In this document: in pieces, positions 1 through 12,256 of the stretch
Layout: every line of letters starts with the position of its first letter
How positions within the stretch are numbered: the first letter of the stretch is position 1
Source: Mobula hypostoma
Taxonomy: Eukaryota
Direction of reading: 5' to 3'
NCBI RefSeq assembly: GCF_963921235.1
Contig: NC_086108.1
Span: 55,058,001 to 55,122,000 of the forward strand
DNA length: 64,000 nt
Made by a program: the position numbers and the translations under genes
The notes under the pieces: generated by a model
What the model was told of the DNA's origin: nothing
Database searches by the model: none
The model's input: the letters and a program-made list of their open reading frames with translations, nothing else

Positions 1-363
1 AAAAATACTTATTCAGTTCGTCCACCATTTCCTTGTCCCCAATTACTATTTCGCCAGCATCATTGTCCAGCAGTCTGATATCTACTCTCACCTCTCTTTT
101 ATATTTTACGCATCTGAAAAACTTCTTGTATCCTCTTTAATATTACTGGCTATTTCACCGTATTCCATCATTTCATTCTTTATGATTTATGATTTTTTTC
201 ATTGCCTTCTGTTGGTTTTTAAAAGTTTCCCAATCCTCTAACTTCCCGCTAATGTTTGCTCTATTATGAGCCCTCTCTTTGGCTCTTATGTTTGCTTTAC
301 TTCTCATGTCAGCCACGGTTGCATCATCCTGTCTTTAGAATACTCTTTATTCTTTGGGATGTA
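1..363 (-). mobile_element. CR1-type LINE ORF2 fragment (linker between endonuclease and RT), decayed
   Basis: Collinear with CR1 copies at ~33330-33620 and ~40810-41170 (e.g. aaaatac..ttcagttc..ccattt/ctccttgtcccc). Minus strand reads IPKNKEYS..QPWLT-like. Confidence 0.8.
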
Positions 364-506
364 TACACTGCCTATAAAAAGTGTTCATCCTCCGGTCCCT
401 GGAAATTTTCATGTTTTATTATTTTACAACATTGAATCACAGTGGATTTAATTTGGCTTTTCTGACACTGGTCAACAGAAAAAGACTTTTGTGTCAGTGA
501 AAACAG

Positions 507-841
507 ATCTCTCTAAATCTCTCTCTCTGCTCTCTCTCTCTTTCTCTCTCTCTCTCTCACTCACTCTCTCTCTCTCTCACTCACTCTCTCACACTCTCTC
601 TCTCACACTCTCTCACTCTCTCACTCACTCACTCTCTCTCACTCGCTCACTCTCTCTCTCTCACTCTCTCACTCTCTCTCTCACTCACTGACTCTCACTT
701 TCTCTCACTCTCTCACTTTCTCTCACACTCTCACTGTCTCACTCACTCACTCTCTCTCTCTCACTCTCACTCACTTTCTCTCTCTCACACTCACACTCAC
801 TCTCTCACTCACTCTCTCTCTCTCACACTCTCACTCTCTCA

Positions 842-874
<33 letters not shown>
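507..874. repeat. Complex (CT)n/(CTCA)n microsatellite
   Basis: Directly visible low-complexity CT/CA tract. Confidence 0.97.
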
Positions 875-1332
875 CTCCCCCCCATAGGATGATGATGGTT
901 TCTTTCAGTCAGTTAGTGGGGTAATTACCCCACTCCTCAGAAAGGAACAGCGTGTGCGAGTGGATTTTAGGTGAGTAGGGGGTTGCACAGGTCCAGACCC
1001 ACCCTCTCGACATCCCCTCCCGGACCCAGCGGCATGGTGGGGTCCAAGACGGCTGGGGGCAGTTCTGTTGCAGTGAAAGGCCAGACCAAGCTTTGCTGCA
1101 AGGGATGCCCTTACTGCGCTTCACAGCACGTGTTTGCTAGATGGCCGTCGACCCTATGAGAGGGTTCATCCACCCTTTGACAGGTCTTGTTTCTCGTCCT
1201 GCAGGGTGTCTAGCCACCCTCCTCACCAGGCAAGCCTGGTGGGGGAGCCGGTTTAGTCACCGACACCTGACCACGTGACAGGTAGTACTGGGTTACATGG
1301 TACCAGTAGCACTCCGACCAGTGACCTGACCC
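875..1332 (-). mobile_element. Non-coding structured retroposon-like insertion (possibly RTE-derived, non-autonomous) with (GA)n tail
   Basis: GC-rich block that interrupts the Tc1 left TIR, flanked by a possible TAAAT duplication (~514-518 and ~1334-1338). Multiple hairpins whose G-U pairs favour the minus strand. Family assignment is tentative. Confidence 0.5.
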
Positions 1333-1569
1333 TTAAATACAAGTATAAAGCATGAAATAATTGCCTAAGTATTCACTCCCTTTAATATGACACACCAAAT
1401 CATCACTGGTGCAACCAATTGGCTTTAGAAGTCACATAATTAGTTAAATGGAGCTCTGATTTTGGAGACCTGTGTACAGTCAAGGCATTTGAATTGATTG
1501 TAGTAAAAATACACCTGTATCTGGAAGGTCCAACTGCTGGTGAGTCAGTATCCTGACAAAAGCTACACC

Positions 1570-2568
1570 ATGAAGACAACAGCACACTCCAAACAACTCC
1601 ATGAAAATGTTATTGAAAAGCACAATAAATGGATACAAGGAAATATCCAAGTCACTGAATATCCCTTGGAGTACAATTAAGTCAATCATCAAGAAATGGA
1701 AAGAATATGGCACAGCTGTAAATCTGCTTAGAGCAGGCTGTCCTCAAACACTGAGTGACCATGCAAGAAGGGGACCAGTCAGGGAGGCCACCAGGAGACC
1801 TATAACAGCTCTGGCTTCAGTGGCTGAGATAGGAGAGACTGCACATACAACATCTGTAGCCCGAGTGTTTCACCAGTCACAGCTTTATGGGAGAGTGGCA
1901 AAGAGACAACCACTGCTGAGAAAAACTGACGTGAAATCTCAGCTAGAGTTTGCCAGAAGGCATGCGGGAGACTCTGAATTCATATGGAAGAAGGTTCTAT
2001 GGTCTGATGAAACCAAAATTGAGCGTTTCGGCCATCAGACTAAATGCTATGTTTGGCATAAGCCAAACACCATACATCATCAAAAAAACACCATCCCTAC
2101 CCTGAAGCATGGTGGTGGCTGCATCATGCTGTGGGGCTGCTTCACTGCAGCAGGCCCTGGAAGGCTTGTGAAGGTAGACGGTAAAATGAATGCAGCAAAA
2201 TACAGGGAAGTCCTGGAGGAAAACCTGATACAGTCTGCAAGAGAACTGTGACTTGAGAGAAGATTTGTTTTCCAGCAGGACAATGACCCCAAGCATAAAG
2301 CCAAAGCTACACGGGAATGGCTTAAAAACAACAAAGATAGTGTCCTGGAGTGGTCAAGTCAGAGTCCAGACCTCAATCCAACTGAGAATTTGTGGCTGGA
2401 CTTGAAAAGGGCTGTTCACTCACAATCATGGATTCTGATGGAGCTTGTGCAGTTTTGTAAAGAAGAATGGGGAAAAATTGCAGTTCCAGACATGCAAAGC
2501 TGACAGAGACCTATCCACACAGACTCAAGGCTGTAATTGCTGCCAAAAGTGCATCTACTAAATACTGA
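1570..2568 (+). pseudogene. Tc1 DD34E transposase, frameshifted, with in-frame TGA at 2249-2251
   Basis: ORF 1601-2251 has the HTH ([23 protein letters not shown]), WSDETK and [12 protein letters not shown]. After the stop the same frame gives FQQDNDPKH...[11 protein letters not shown], with 34 residues between the second D and E. Confidence 0.93.
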
Positions 2569-2796
2569 CTTGAAGGGGATGAGTAATAATGCAATCAATT
2601 ATTCTGAGTTTAATAATTGTTATAAATTTAGACCAATTTGTAGAAATTTGTTTTCACTTTGACACGAAAGAGTCTTTTCTGTTGATCAGTGTTAAAAAAG
2701 CCAAATTAAATCCTCTGTGATTCAGTGTTGCAAAACAATAAAACATGAAAACTTTCAGGGGCCAGGGGGAGGTGAATACTTTATAAAGGCACTGTA

Positions 2797-3860
2797 TCAG
2801 GGTCTTTTTATGCTTGCAGTTCCTTAGCTCTACCCACAACGATTCAACACCTTCGGACCCTATGTCACCCCTTTCTAATGATTTTATTTTATTTTTAACC
2901 ACAGAACCACACCACCCCTCTGTCTACCTGCCTGACCTTTCTACACAATGTGTATTCTTGGTCGTTAAGTTCCCAGCTGTAATAATCTTTCAGCCATGAC
3001 TCAGTGATGCCCAAAATGTCATATATGCCAATCTGTAACTGTGCTACGAATTCAACTACCTTATTCCGTATACTGTGTGCATTCAAATATAACACCTTCA
3101 GTCCTGTATTCACCTTTTTGATTTTGTCCACCTTTTACATTGCAACTCATCCTGTTGAATTCTATTTGGCCCTATCAACCGCCTCTCTTTGTTAGCAATC
3201 TCACTGCACAATGCCTCTGTTTGTAAACCAACTGCATCATCCTCAGTGCTATCACCCTGGTTCCTGCCACATTAGTTTGAACCTTCCCGAAATGCTCAAG
3301 CAAAGCTGCCCACAAGGATATTGGTCGCCCTCGAGATCAGGTGTTACCCATCCCTTTCCCAAGAAGAGATCCCAGTTTACGGCAATCTGAACCAGAGATC
3401 ATGGAAGAGGTTGAAATATGAGAAGTGTAAGGGGAACATGAAGGGAAACTTCTTTACTCAGAGGATCAGGAGAGTGTGGAATGAGCTGCCAGCACGAGTG
3501 GTGGATGCGAGCTCGATTTCAACATTTAAGAGGTAGATACACGGATATTAGGGATATGGAAGGCAATGGTCCGGCTTGCAAGTTGATGGGAGTAGGCAGT
3601 TTAAATGGTTTCTCATTGATTAGATGGGCCGAAGTGCCTGTTTTCTGCTGTACTTCTCCAGGACTCTATGACACTACCTAGCTACCTAAAATCTCCCTTC
3701 AGGACCTCCACAACTCTCCTCACTCCGGCACCTCAGTGGCAACATATCATCCGGGTATCTCTATTGCAGAATCTTATCTATGCTCCTCTGGCTATGGAAT
3801 CTCCTATCACCACTGCAGTCCTCTTCACCTCTCTTCTCTTCTGAACCTCAACACCAGACT
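2797..3860 (-). mobile_element. CR1 LINE 5' part (APE endonuclease start plus upstream ORF1 remnant)
   Basis: ORFs 2895-3131 (LKVLYLNAHSIRNK..GITESWL) and 2654-2902 (ESLWVEL) are CR1 endonuclease motifs. Confidence 0.8.
3362..3672 (+). mobile_element. CR1 3'-end fragment nested in the opposite-strand CR1
   Basis: NFFTQRIRRVWNELP C-terminal motif and 3' tail tgggccgaagtgcctgttttctgctgtac..ctctatgac. Confidence 0.8.
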
Positions 3861-4106
3861 CGTTGCTTGAGCATGTACAGACTTTTTTTCCTTGTCATTA
3901 TTCCCTAAACAAAACAGTATAACAATTATTTACATAGCATTTACATTGTATTAGGTATTATAAGTAATCTAGAGATTATTTAAAGTATGCAGGTGGATTT
4001 GCATAGGTTACCGCGGATCGGGATCGATAAAAAAAAACCTGGAAGTTCTCTCTCCAGCACTCGTTGTTTGAGCATGTATTAGGTATAAGTAATCTAGAGA
4101 TGATTT
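3858..4106. mobile_element. Tigger/pogo-family non-autonomous remnant resembling the MER2/Tigger3 core; partial tandem dimer
   Basis: catgtacagacttttttt..cttgtcattattccctaaacaaaacagtataacaattatttacatagcatttacattgtattaggtattataagtaatctagaga is recognised from memory as the MER2-type core. A second, internally deleted copy lies at 4058-4106. Confidence 0.65.
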
Positions 4107-7100
4107 CTTTCTTTTCAAATATTTTTATTATTATTATATTATTCAAAAATAACATGAGTACATCAAAGTAAGCAACACTTACAATGTTTCAAGGAGAAAA
4201 AAACTTTAAGTTAAAGATTGAAAAATTTTGGTGATAATAAAAAAAAACTCTACTAAGCAGAAAAAGTGGGGGGAAACCCATTAGGTGTACAACCCCGGAG
4301 CCATGCATCATACAAAAAGCTTCTAACGATAAACATCAAACCGCCAACAAGAAAAAAATGTACCAAAAATTTACTATTAGATCATGGAGGAAATCTATCA
4401 ATTAACTCAAATGATAATAACGAGCAAATGAACCCCATCTTTACTCAAAATCAAATAAAGGTTCAAAGGTTCGACTTCTAATTTTCTCCAAACTAAGACA
4501 TAGCATTACTTGAGAGAACCATTGTGACAAAGTGGGAGCTGATGTATCCTTCCACTTCAACAAAATGGCCCTCCTAGCTATCAATGTAACAAATGCAATA
4601 ACATGTTGGTCAGACACAGAGATACCATGGATATTTTGAGGAATTATTCCAAAAAGCACAGTTAATTTGTTAGGTTGTAAATTAATTTTAAGTGCTTTAG
4701 AAATTGTCGAAAAAACTGACTTCCAGAACTGTTCCAGTATAGAACAAGACCAAAACATGTGTGTCAGTGTAGCTGTCTCAGTTTTACATCTATCACAATA
4801 ACTATCAACATTAGGAAATATTTTAGACAGTCTCTCCTTCGTCAAGTGCTAATGAAATACAATTTTTCATTGAATCAGTGAATGACTACTACAGATCGAA
4901 GAAGAGTCAACCAGCTTCAGAATCCGCGTCCAATCCTCCATCATAAAAGTCAAATTGAGTTCCTTTTCCCAATCTTGTTTAATCTTAAATAAAGGAGGCT
5001 TATCCCATTGTGATAATAAATTATAAAGTCTTCCAATAGAACCCTTTGTGGAAGGGTCCATACTCATAATAGTATCTAACAGGTCAGCCTCCAAAGGAAA
5101 ATTACTTAAATATTTTTGTAAGAAATGTGTAACTTGAAGGTATTGTAAAAAGTGTGAGTATGAAAGAGAATATTTATCAACTAATTGTTCAAAAGACATC
5201 AATCTACCTTCTTTAAATAAATCCAAAAAAGAATTAATACCTTTACTTTTCCAAAGTAAAAAAATTGGATCACTCAAAGAAGGCTTAAAAAAGTAATTTC
5301 GATAAATTAAACTACAAAGTTTAAATGTTTTTAAGATTAAAAAAACTGCGGAACTGGAGCCAAATTTGTAAAGAATGCTTAATCACAGGGTATAGCAACT
5401 TTAGCGAATTGTATCGTTAAAGCTACTCCCAGTAATGAGGTTAAATAAAACTGTTTCACAGCTTTCAATTCCAGGTCTGCCCAAATTGGCCGATCGTTCT
5501 TATCAACCCAGTATAACCAAAAGGACATGTATCGCACATTAACAGTCCAGTAATACATTCTTAAGTTAGGCAAAGCGAGATGAATTCCATGGACTCAGTG
5601 ATTATGTTAGAGACTGAAATAAGGAAGGCCCAGGCAAATAGAGAGTCAGTAGTGGCAGTGTTCTTTGACATTGAAAAAGCCTATGATATGATGTTCAAGG
5701 AAGGATTATTAATTAAACTGCACAAGATGGGGGTTGGTGGGAGAGTTTTTAATTGGATTAAAGATTTTTTGTTTGGTAGAAAAATTCAAGTTCGGATTGG
5801 ATCAGAATGATCAAAACAGTACATAGTGGAAAATGGCACACCTCAAGGTAGTGTGATTAGCCCGTTACTTTTCATCATTATGATCAATGATGTCTTCACA
5901 AAGGTACCAGTGTTTGCGGATGATGGGGCCTTGTGGAAAAGAGGCAGGAACATGGACCATAAAATCAGGAAACTACAAGAAGCAATTGATGAAGTGGTGG
6001 AGTGGGGTTATGATTGGGGATGTAGATTTTCAGTAGACAAAACTCAATCTGTATTTTTTTTACCAGGAAAAGGGTTGAGATAGGGAAGAAGTTAAGGATG
6101 TATGGGGTTGAATTAGAAAGGGTTGCATCATTTAAATTTCTGGGAGTTATATTTGATTCACGATTAACATGGGTAGACCATATCAGGAAAGTTGAGGAGA
6201 AATGTAAAAAAGTAATAAATGTGATGAGATGTTTGACTGGTAGGGAATGGGGAGCAAGTTGTTCAGCTTTGAAGAGAATGTATGGGGCTTTAGTAAGATC
6301 TGTATTGGATTATGGAAATATAGTATCTGGATCAGCAGCTAGGTCTCTTATAAGGAAACTGGATGTGATTCAGGCTCAGGCCTTGAGAGTGTGTAGTGGG
6401 GCTTTTAAAACGTCACCAGTGTCAGCCCTACAGGTAGAAATGGGAATAATGCCTTTGGAACTAAGAAGGATGCAACTGATGGCAAACTACTGGGCTAACT
6501 TGCAGGGGCACAATGATTCTCACCCTACTAACTGAGTGTTGCAGGAGTGCTGGGAAAATGGGAGGTTTCAGAGGGATACCTTTAGTCGGGTAGGGAATGA
6601 TATCGCGAAAGAATGTGGAGTGTTTGATCTGAGGATAAGTCCTTCAGTAGTTTATCCGGTTGTAGCTCCATGGAAGCTTGTATGGCCTGACATAGACTGG
6701 CATTTGTTAGAGGCAAAAAGGAAAGAAAGATATAAAACAGATTTGGTAAATGCAATTAACTGTCATGTGATGGAAAAGTATAGTGATTATACTCACATTT
6801 ATACGGATGGTGCGAAGGAACCTGAAACAGGAGTGACAGGGTTTGGGGTGGTAATACCAGCAAAAGAAATTGGAATCAGTAGAAGAACCATCTAATAAGT
6901 TAGGGGTGTTTACAGTGGAGATGCTAGCAGTGTTGGTTGCGTTGCAATGGGTGCAGAAAGCCAGACAAGCCAAAGCATTGATATGTTCAGATTCATCCTC
7001 AGTTCTAGCAAGTTTAAGGTCTTTTCACACAAACAGTTGGCAAGATGTACTTTATGAAGTCCTTCAGTTAGTTACAAGAATTGCAAATCAGGGAGGTCAG

Positions 7101-8980
7101 GTAAAATTTCTATGGGTTCCAGCACATGTAGGGGTGAAGGGGAATGAGAGGGTGGATGAGTTGGCAAAGAGGGCGTTAAAGAAAGAAAATGTGGAAATGC
7201 ACATTAGTATCAGTAAAGCAGAGGTTAAGTGTGTAATCTGGGAAAAAGTCAACCGAATGTGGCAAGAAAGATGGGACAGGGAGGGGAAAGGGAGGCATTT
7301 ATATCAAATACAAAAGAGTGTTGCAGTTACTAGGGTAGGTAATGGAAACAGAAGAGAGGAAATTGTGTGGACTAGGTTAAGGCTGGGGCATTGTGCATTA
7401 AACAAACCATTGAAAATGATAGGGAAACACCAGACAGGATTGTGTGAGGAATGTCAGGGAGTCAGTAGAACATATAGTTTTGTGTTGCAGGAAGTATGGG
7501 ATACAGAGAGAGATGATGAGAAATAAATTAAGGGAGTTGGGGATGCAGGAATTCACATTAAAAGGGTTGCTGGGCATGGGTGAGAGAGCACAAGTCCGGG
7601 TATTTTTAGCGTTTTTAAGGGGTACAGGGGTTTTTTATAGAACTATGACGAATAAACAGGAATAGGATACTAGGATGGTCAAAGATGGGAGGGTGAAGTG
7701 TAGGTTTGTATATATATGTGTGTGTGTGTGTGTGTGATTGGGTGAAGAGATTTAGAATGTATGTCTAGTGCACATTCTGGAGCAGAGGGTGGCGGTAATG
7801 CACCATTAAGCTGGATGCCAACCGCCGTAAAACAAGATACAGACAGACAGACAGACCTCTGCCCTTTTTCAACTTTTGTAAGTGACGTTTACTAATTCTT
7901 GGTCTTTTATTATTCCATATAAAAGATAAAATAATAGAATCAATCCAATCAAAAAACTTCTTAATCAAAAAACAGGGATCTTCTGAAATAAATAGAAAAA
8001 TTTTGGTAAAATCATCATTTTAACTGTAGGGATATGACCAACAAGTGAAAATGTAAGTGGACTCCATCTACTAAATAAATACTTCATGGAGTCTACCAAG
8101 GGAATGAAATTGGCTTTATAAAGATCCTTATATTTTTTAGTGATTATAACACCTAAATATTTAAAAGAATCTGTGACTTTGAAAGGAGTATTATCATATA
8201 TAGAGACAGATTCATTTAAAGGAAACAATTCACTTTTACTAAAATTTATTTTATATCCTGAAAAATCTCCAAATTCATTGAATAATTTTAGCAAGGCAGG
8301 AATCGATTCTTTGGATTAGATACATAAACCAGTAAATCATCAGCATAAAGAGAAATCTTATGAATGGTCTCATTCACAAGCATCCCATGAATATTTTTAG
8401 CTTCACAAAGAGCAATAGCAAGGGGTTCTAATATTAAATTAACTAACAAAGAACTTAATGGACAACCTTGTCTTGTCCCCCATGAAAGCTGAAAAAAAGG
8501 AGACCTACAGTTGTTAGTGACAACAGTAGCAATAGGAGCTTTATATATCATTCTAATCCAATTATTAAAACTAACACCAAAGCCAAATCTCTCTAAAGCA
8601 TTAAATAAATATTTCCACTCGACTCGATCGAACGCTTTTTCAGCATTCAAAGAGACGACGCATTGTGGAGTTTTAAAAGAGGATGAATATATAATGTTAA
8701 ATAGTCTCCGAACATTTGAAAAAGAATAACGACCCTTTATAAAGCCTGTGTGATCTTTAAAAATAATTTTACTTAAAATATTCTCCAATTGATTGGCCAT
8801 TATCTTTGACAGAATCTTAGCATTGACATTCAATAATGAAATAGGTCTATATGAGGCACAGTCAGTAGGCTCTTTATCCTTTTTAAAAATTAAAGAAATA
8901 GAAGCCTCATAGAAAGTAGAGGGTAAATCACCTTTCACAAAAGAATCCTTAAACATTTCCAACATATACGAAGAAAGTAG
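4104..8980 (-). mobile_element. L1-clade LINE, 5'-truncated ORF2 (RT plus C-terminal Cys motif), split by an insertion at 5581-7852
   Basis: ORF 8288-8965 has YRPISLLN, AEKAFDRVEW, GTRQGCPLS and LYADD; ORF 4441-4845 has CDRC..THMFWSC. AATAAA and a GAAA tail lie at ~4104-4130 on the minus strand. Confidence 0.92.
5581..7852 (+). mobile_element. I-group (Nimb-like) LINE with RT, RNase H and C-terminal zinc motif, 5'-truncated and frameshifted
   Basis: RT motifs FFDIEKAYD, GTPQGSVISP and FADD; RNase H motifs IYTDG, ICSDS and WVPAHVGVKGNERVDELAK; CEEC..ESVEHIVLCC; 3' end ggtggcggtaatgcacc with a (CAGA)n tail. Removing it restores L1 KKGRGLALPN with an AGA duplication. Confidence 0.88.
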
Positions 8981-9595
8981 GGTAATCGGTGGACAGATCT
9001 AGGAAAGCTTATGGTTAGTCTGGAATCATTAGAGATGAGTCATTTTGCAGAAGCTGATGTAACAGGTACAGGAAAATGGCTTGATAAGGAAGAAATTAAA
9101 ACTCGTAGCTAACAGGAAGGTTTTAAAGGACAGGTGGGCAAGACACAAAGCTTGATAAAAGAATTGGGTAACAGAAAAGTTGGGAGAAAGGTTAGTAGAA
9201 TTTGGCATTCAAGGCTACATAGATGGATGGTGGTTTTGTCAGAACTCACAACTTGGTAGGAAATTTAATTAAAAAGGAATTGTCGTTAGATACTGTCATA
9301 TCAGTGGAAACAGTCATAATAAGCATAATAAGCATCAAACACTTTGTTTATGAATGTAGGGATAAATGAAAATGTGAAGTTATTGTTGATCCTCTGAAAG
9401 AGTGAGATAGCAGTAGTTTGATTTCATGCAAAACAAAACGTAAATGCTTATTTATAAATGTCAAGAGTGACATAATATTGTTCCACTGCAAATAGTAATT
9501 CTTTATTCTTTGACAGTGAGGATAATCTATCATTATGTTACTGATTCAAAATGAACCAAAAGGTCTAATATGCATCTTAATATATGCTGCTTTCC

Positions 9596-9597
<2 letters not shown>

Positions 9598-9632
<35 letters not shown>
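9598..9632. repeat. (TG)n microsatellite
   Basis: Directly visible. Confidence 0.97.
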
Positions 9633-9633
<1 letters not shown>

Positions 9634-10184
9634 TAACTTGGCTGAATCTGAATCTCCCACAATAGTGAACTGAAGAGCAACAATTTATAAACCAGCAGCA
9701 GAAGATGATAAAGTAGTCCTCTGTGAGGTTTTTAAAACACCAGGAGCCCAAATAATTCATAAAATAACAATATAAACAAACTTAAAGTTGTTGTACACAA
9801 GAAGACTTCTTTGCTATAGGCAACAAATATCTATGGATCCAAAGCAGTGGTTACAGAGAACTTACTCTTTCCAGACATTTTTATTATGTGCATTACTTTT
9901 TTTTCTCCCATGGGCGAGGCACTTCTATTGTAGGAGGCAAAAGAAACTCAGACCATTCTTATTCACTGACATGTTTCTGGTATATAAAGCTGTTTATAAT
10001 CTGAACACATAGCCTCAGTTTTGATGTTAACATTTTGGTGAAAGCAGTAACTATAGAGAAAAGGGAAGAATCGAGGGGGAGGGAGAGGGAGAGGGATTTC
10101 AGTGGTAGTCTAAAGTGAGTGGTAACAATATCGCCTTACATGCTATCCATCTTTTTTCTACTAATTTATTATTATTATTATTTA

Positions 10185-10400
10185 GCTAGAGTGATGCTAT
10201 TGAGTGCCAGCGACCCAGGGGTCAGTTCCGCCACTGCTTGTACATCTTTTGAACATTCTCTCTGTGACTTTGTGGATATCCTCCAGGTGCTCTGGTTTCC
10301 TCCCACATTCGAAAGACATACCAGTTAGTAGGTTAATTACTCACGTGGAACTAATTGGGCAGCATGGGCTCGTTGGGCCAGAGGGGTCTGTTATATATAT
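10185..10400 (+). mobile_element. tRNA-derived V-SINE (HE1-like), diverged
   Basis: V-domain-like core ttctctctgtgactttgtggatatcctccaggtgctctggtttcctcccacattcgaaagacat and CR1-like tail gggccagaggggtctgtt. Confidence 0.7.
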
Positions 10401-12154
10401 TCCTCTCTCTGTCCCTCTCCCTCTTGCCCCCTCTTTCCCTCCTTCCCTTTTCTCTGTAGTTATTGCTTTCACCAAAATGTTAACATCAAAACTGAGGCTA
10501 TGTGTTCAGGTTATGCACTGGTTTATATACCAGAAACATATCTGTGAACAGGAGTGGTCTGAATTTCTTTTGCCTCCTGTGATAAAAGTGCCTAGCCCAA
10601 AGGAGAGAAAAAAAAATGTATTGCACATATTAAAAATGTCTAGAAAGAGTAAGCTCTTTGTAATCACTGCTTTGTACATCATGCAAAAAGCAAACTTTAT
10701 AATTGGAAGAAGCCTTTTTGCCAAAAAATTCATGGCACTATTTAAAGAAGAGCAATGGTTTCTTCCATATTAAACCCATGACAATGTAGACTGAAATCAA
10801 CGGATGTTTCTTGGAGTTATTGTAATGGTATTTAGCTATCCTGTTACTTATCATTAGTATAGTTAGGTGGGGAAAAATTAATTGGCTGTGAAGAGCTTCT
10901 GAGAAGGTCAGAAGGCTTCTTCTAAATATAAAGTCTGCCGTTTGTATGACGTGCATTCTTGGCAGGTTGTGTTCAAATTCATGACAGCACCTGTGCCTTT
11001 ACCCTCAATCTTCTTCCCAATTTAACACGAATCTGGTCATTACTTGCAATTATGTTTGTGGAGGTGTCTACATCTGGAAGAACCAAATTTTCAACTTGAG
11101 CAGAGTTTACTTTATGCTCTTAGATTCTAATTGATGTTAAATACCTTGGATGTCATTTTAGAAACGGCCAAACAGCAGCCAAGAATAACTATCTCCAACA
11201 AATCAAAAAAAAATCATTAACTTCACCGTGACATTGACTGAAATTGTCCTCCTCAAATTTCCCCTAAATGAATTCTTGGGAATCAGTATTGACTAGAAAT
11301 TTAACTGGACCAGGCACACACAGCATTAATTCCAAGAGGAGATCAGAGGCTGAGAACTCTGTACCAGCTGACTCACTTCCCAAGTCCCCACTGTGCCCAC
11401 TCTGCCACCAAAGATTTTCGACCATCTATATGGTAGAACCTTGCAACAGGAATACAGTGCTCTCGCTTTGATAAGTTTGGTTTCATTGACACTCAGATAG
11501 AAACTTGACACTAATGGAACAAAGGAGCCTACTTGACTGGCGTCCAAATTCTCTTCATCAATCATATTACTTACATAAACATTATCTTACAGATGAGATG
11601 GAATGTATCAGCTATCAGAAACATGTCCTTGCAGAAAATTCACAGACTCCCCAACAGTACCTCCTGGACCTGTGACCTCTATCTAAAAGGCAAGATAACA
11701 GCTGTAAGGGGGCATACAAATATGAACTAGGATCTGGAGTTAGCAACTCAGCGTCTCATGCCTCCCCATCATTTAATAACAAAATGTCTGATCTAATTTG
11801 AATTTCAACTCTGAATTCCTTTTTACCTACACGTCCCTCCTTTCTTGTCAAGTATCTGTTTACCTCTGTGTAAAAATGTTAAAATTTCCACCTGCAAACT
11901 TGCTACTATCTGAGAAGAAATGCTTTCACCTCATGCTTGGGTGACTTCTTTTATTCAACAGGGACTACTGATTCTAGATTTTCACTATGGCCTGGGTGCA
12001 GGTAGATGGGACTAAGCAGAAGAACAGGCTGGCAGAGACTAGATGGGCTGAAGGGCCTGTTCCTGTGCTCTAGTTCTCTATAGCTCTATGACACTATAAT
12101 TGTTGTGCATTAGCACCGCTTTAAGCTTACCATTGCAATGTTTTATCTTTACAG

Positions 12155-12256
12155 ACCATTTTTATCCATCTGTTCAGTACCAACTGACGATATATCCAAT
12201 TTTCTCTGAAAAGGAAGGACAACCAAGCAGCCTTTATATGAAGATTAAAAATGAAG
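12155..12256 (+). CDS. LEPR: Leptin receptor exon: end of membrane-proximal FNIII domain (xHFYPSVQYQLTIYPIFSEKEGQPSSLYMKIKNE)
   Basis: ttttatctttacag acceptor and GTATTA donor; 102 bp, phase 1/1. Resembles human LEPR DHFIPIEKYQFSLYPIF..GKP and splices in frame to the next exon. Confidence 0.9.

Larger units (their letters stand above)
366..2794 (+). mobile_element. Tc1-family DNA transposon (IR/DR type, long TIRs), decayed, with nested insertion in left TIR
   Basis: Left end TA|cactgcctataaaaagtgttcatcc matches the reverse complement of right end ggtgaatactttataaaggcactg|TA over about 150 bp. TA flanks at 364-365 and 2795-2796. Inner direct repeats at ~1366-1380 and ~2573-2590. Confidence 0.93.

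Noticed and set aside
491..691. Ser/Leu/His-rich ORF
   Set aside because: It is a translation of the CT microsatellite.
10204..10773. 189-aa ORF
   Set aside because: It starts in a SINE, runs through low-complexity intron sequence and has no recognisable domain.
8981..12154. Search for the preceding LEPR FNIII exon
   Set aside because: No open, splice-bounded segment with LEPR-like sequence was found; upstream exons probably lie outside the window.
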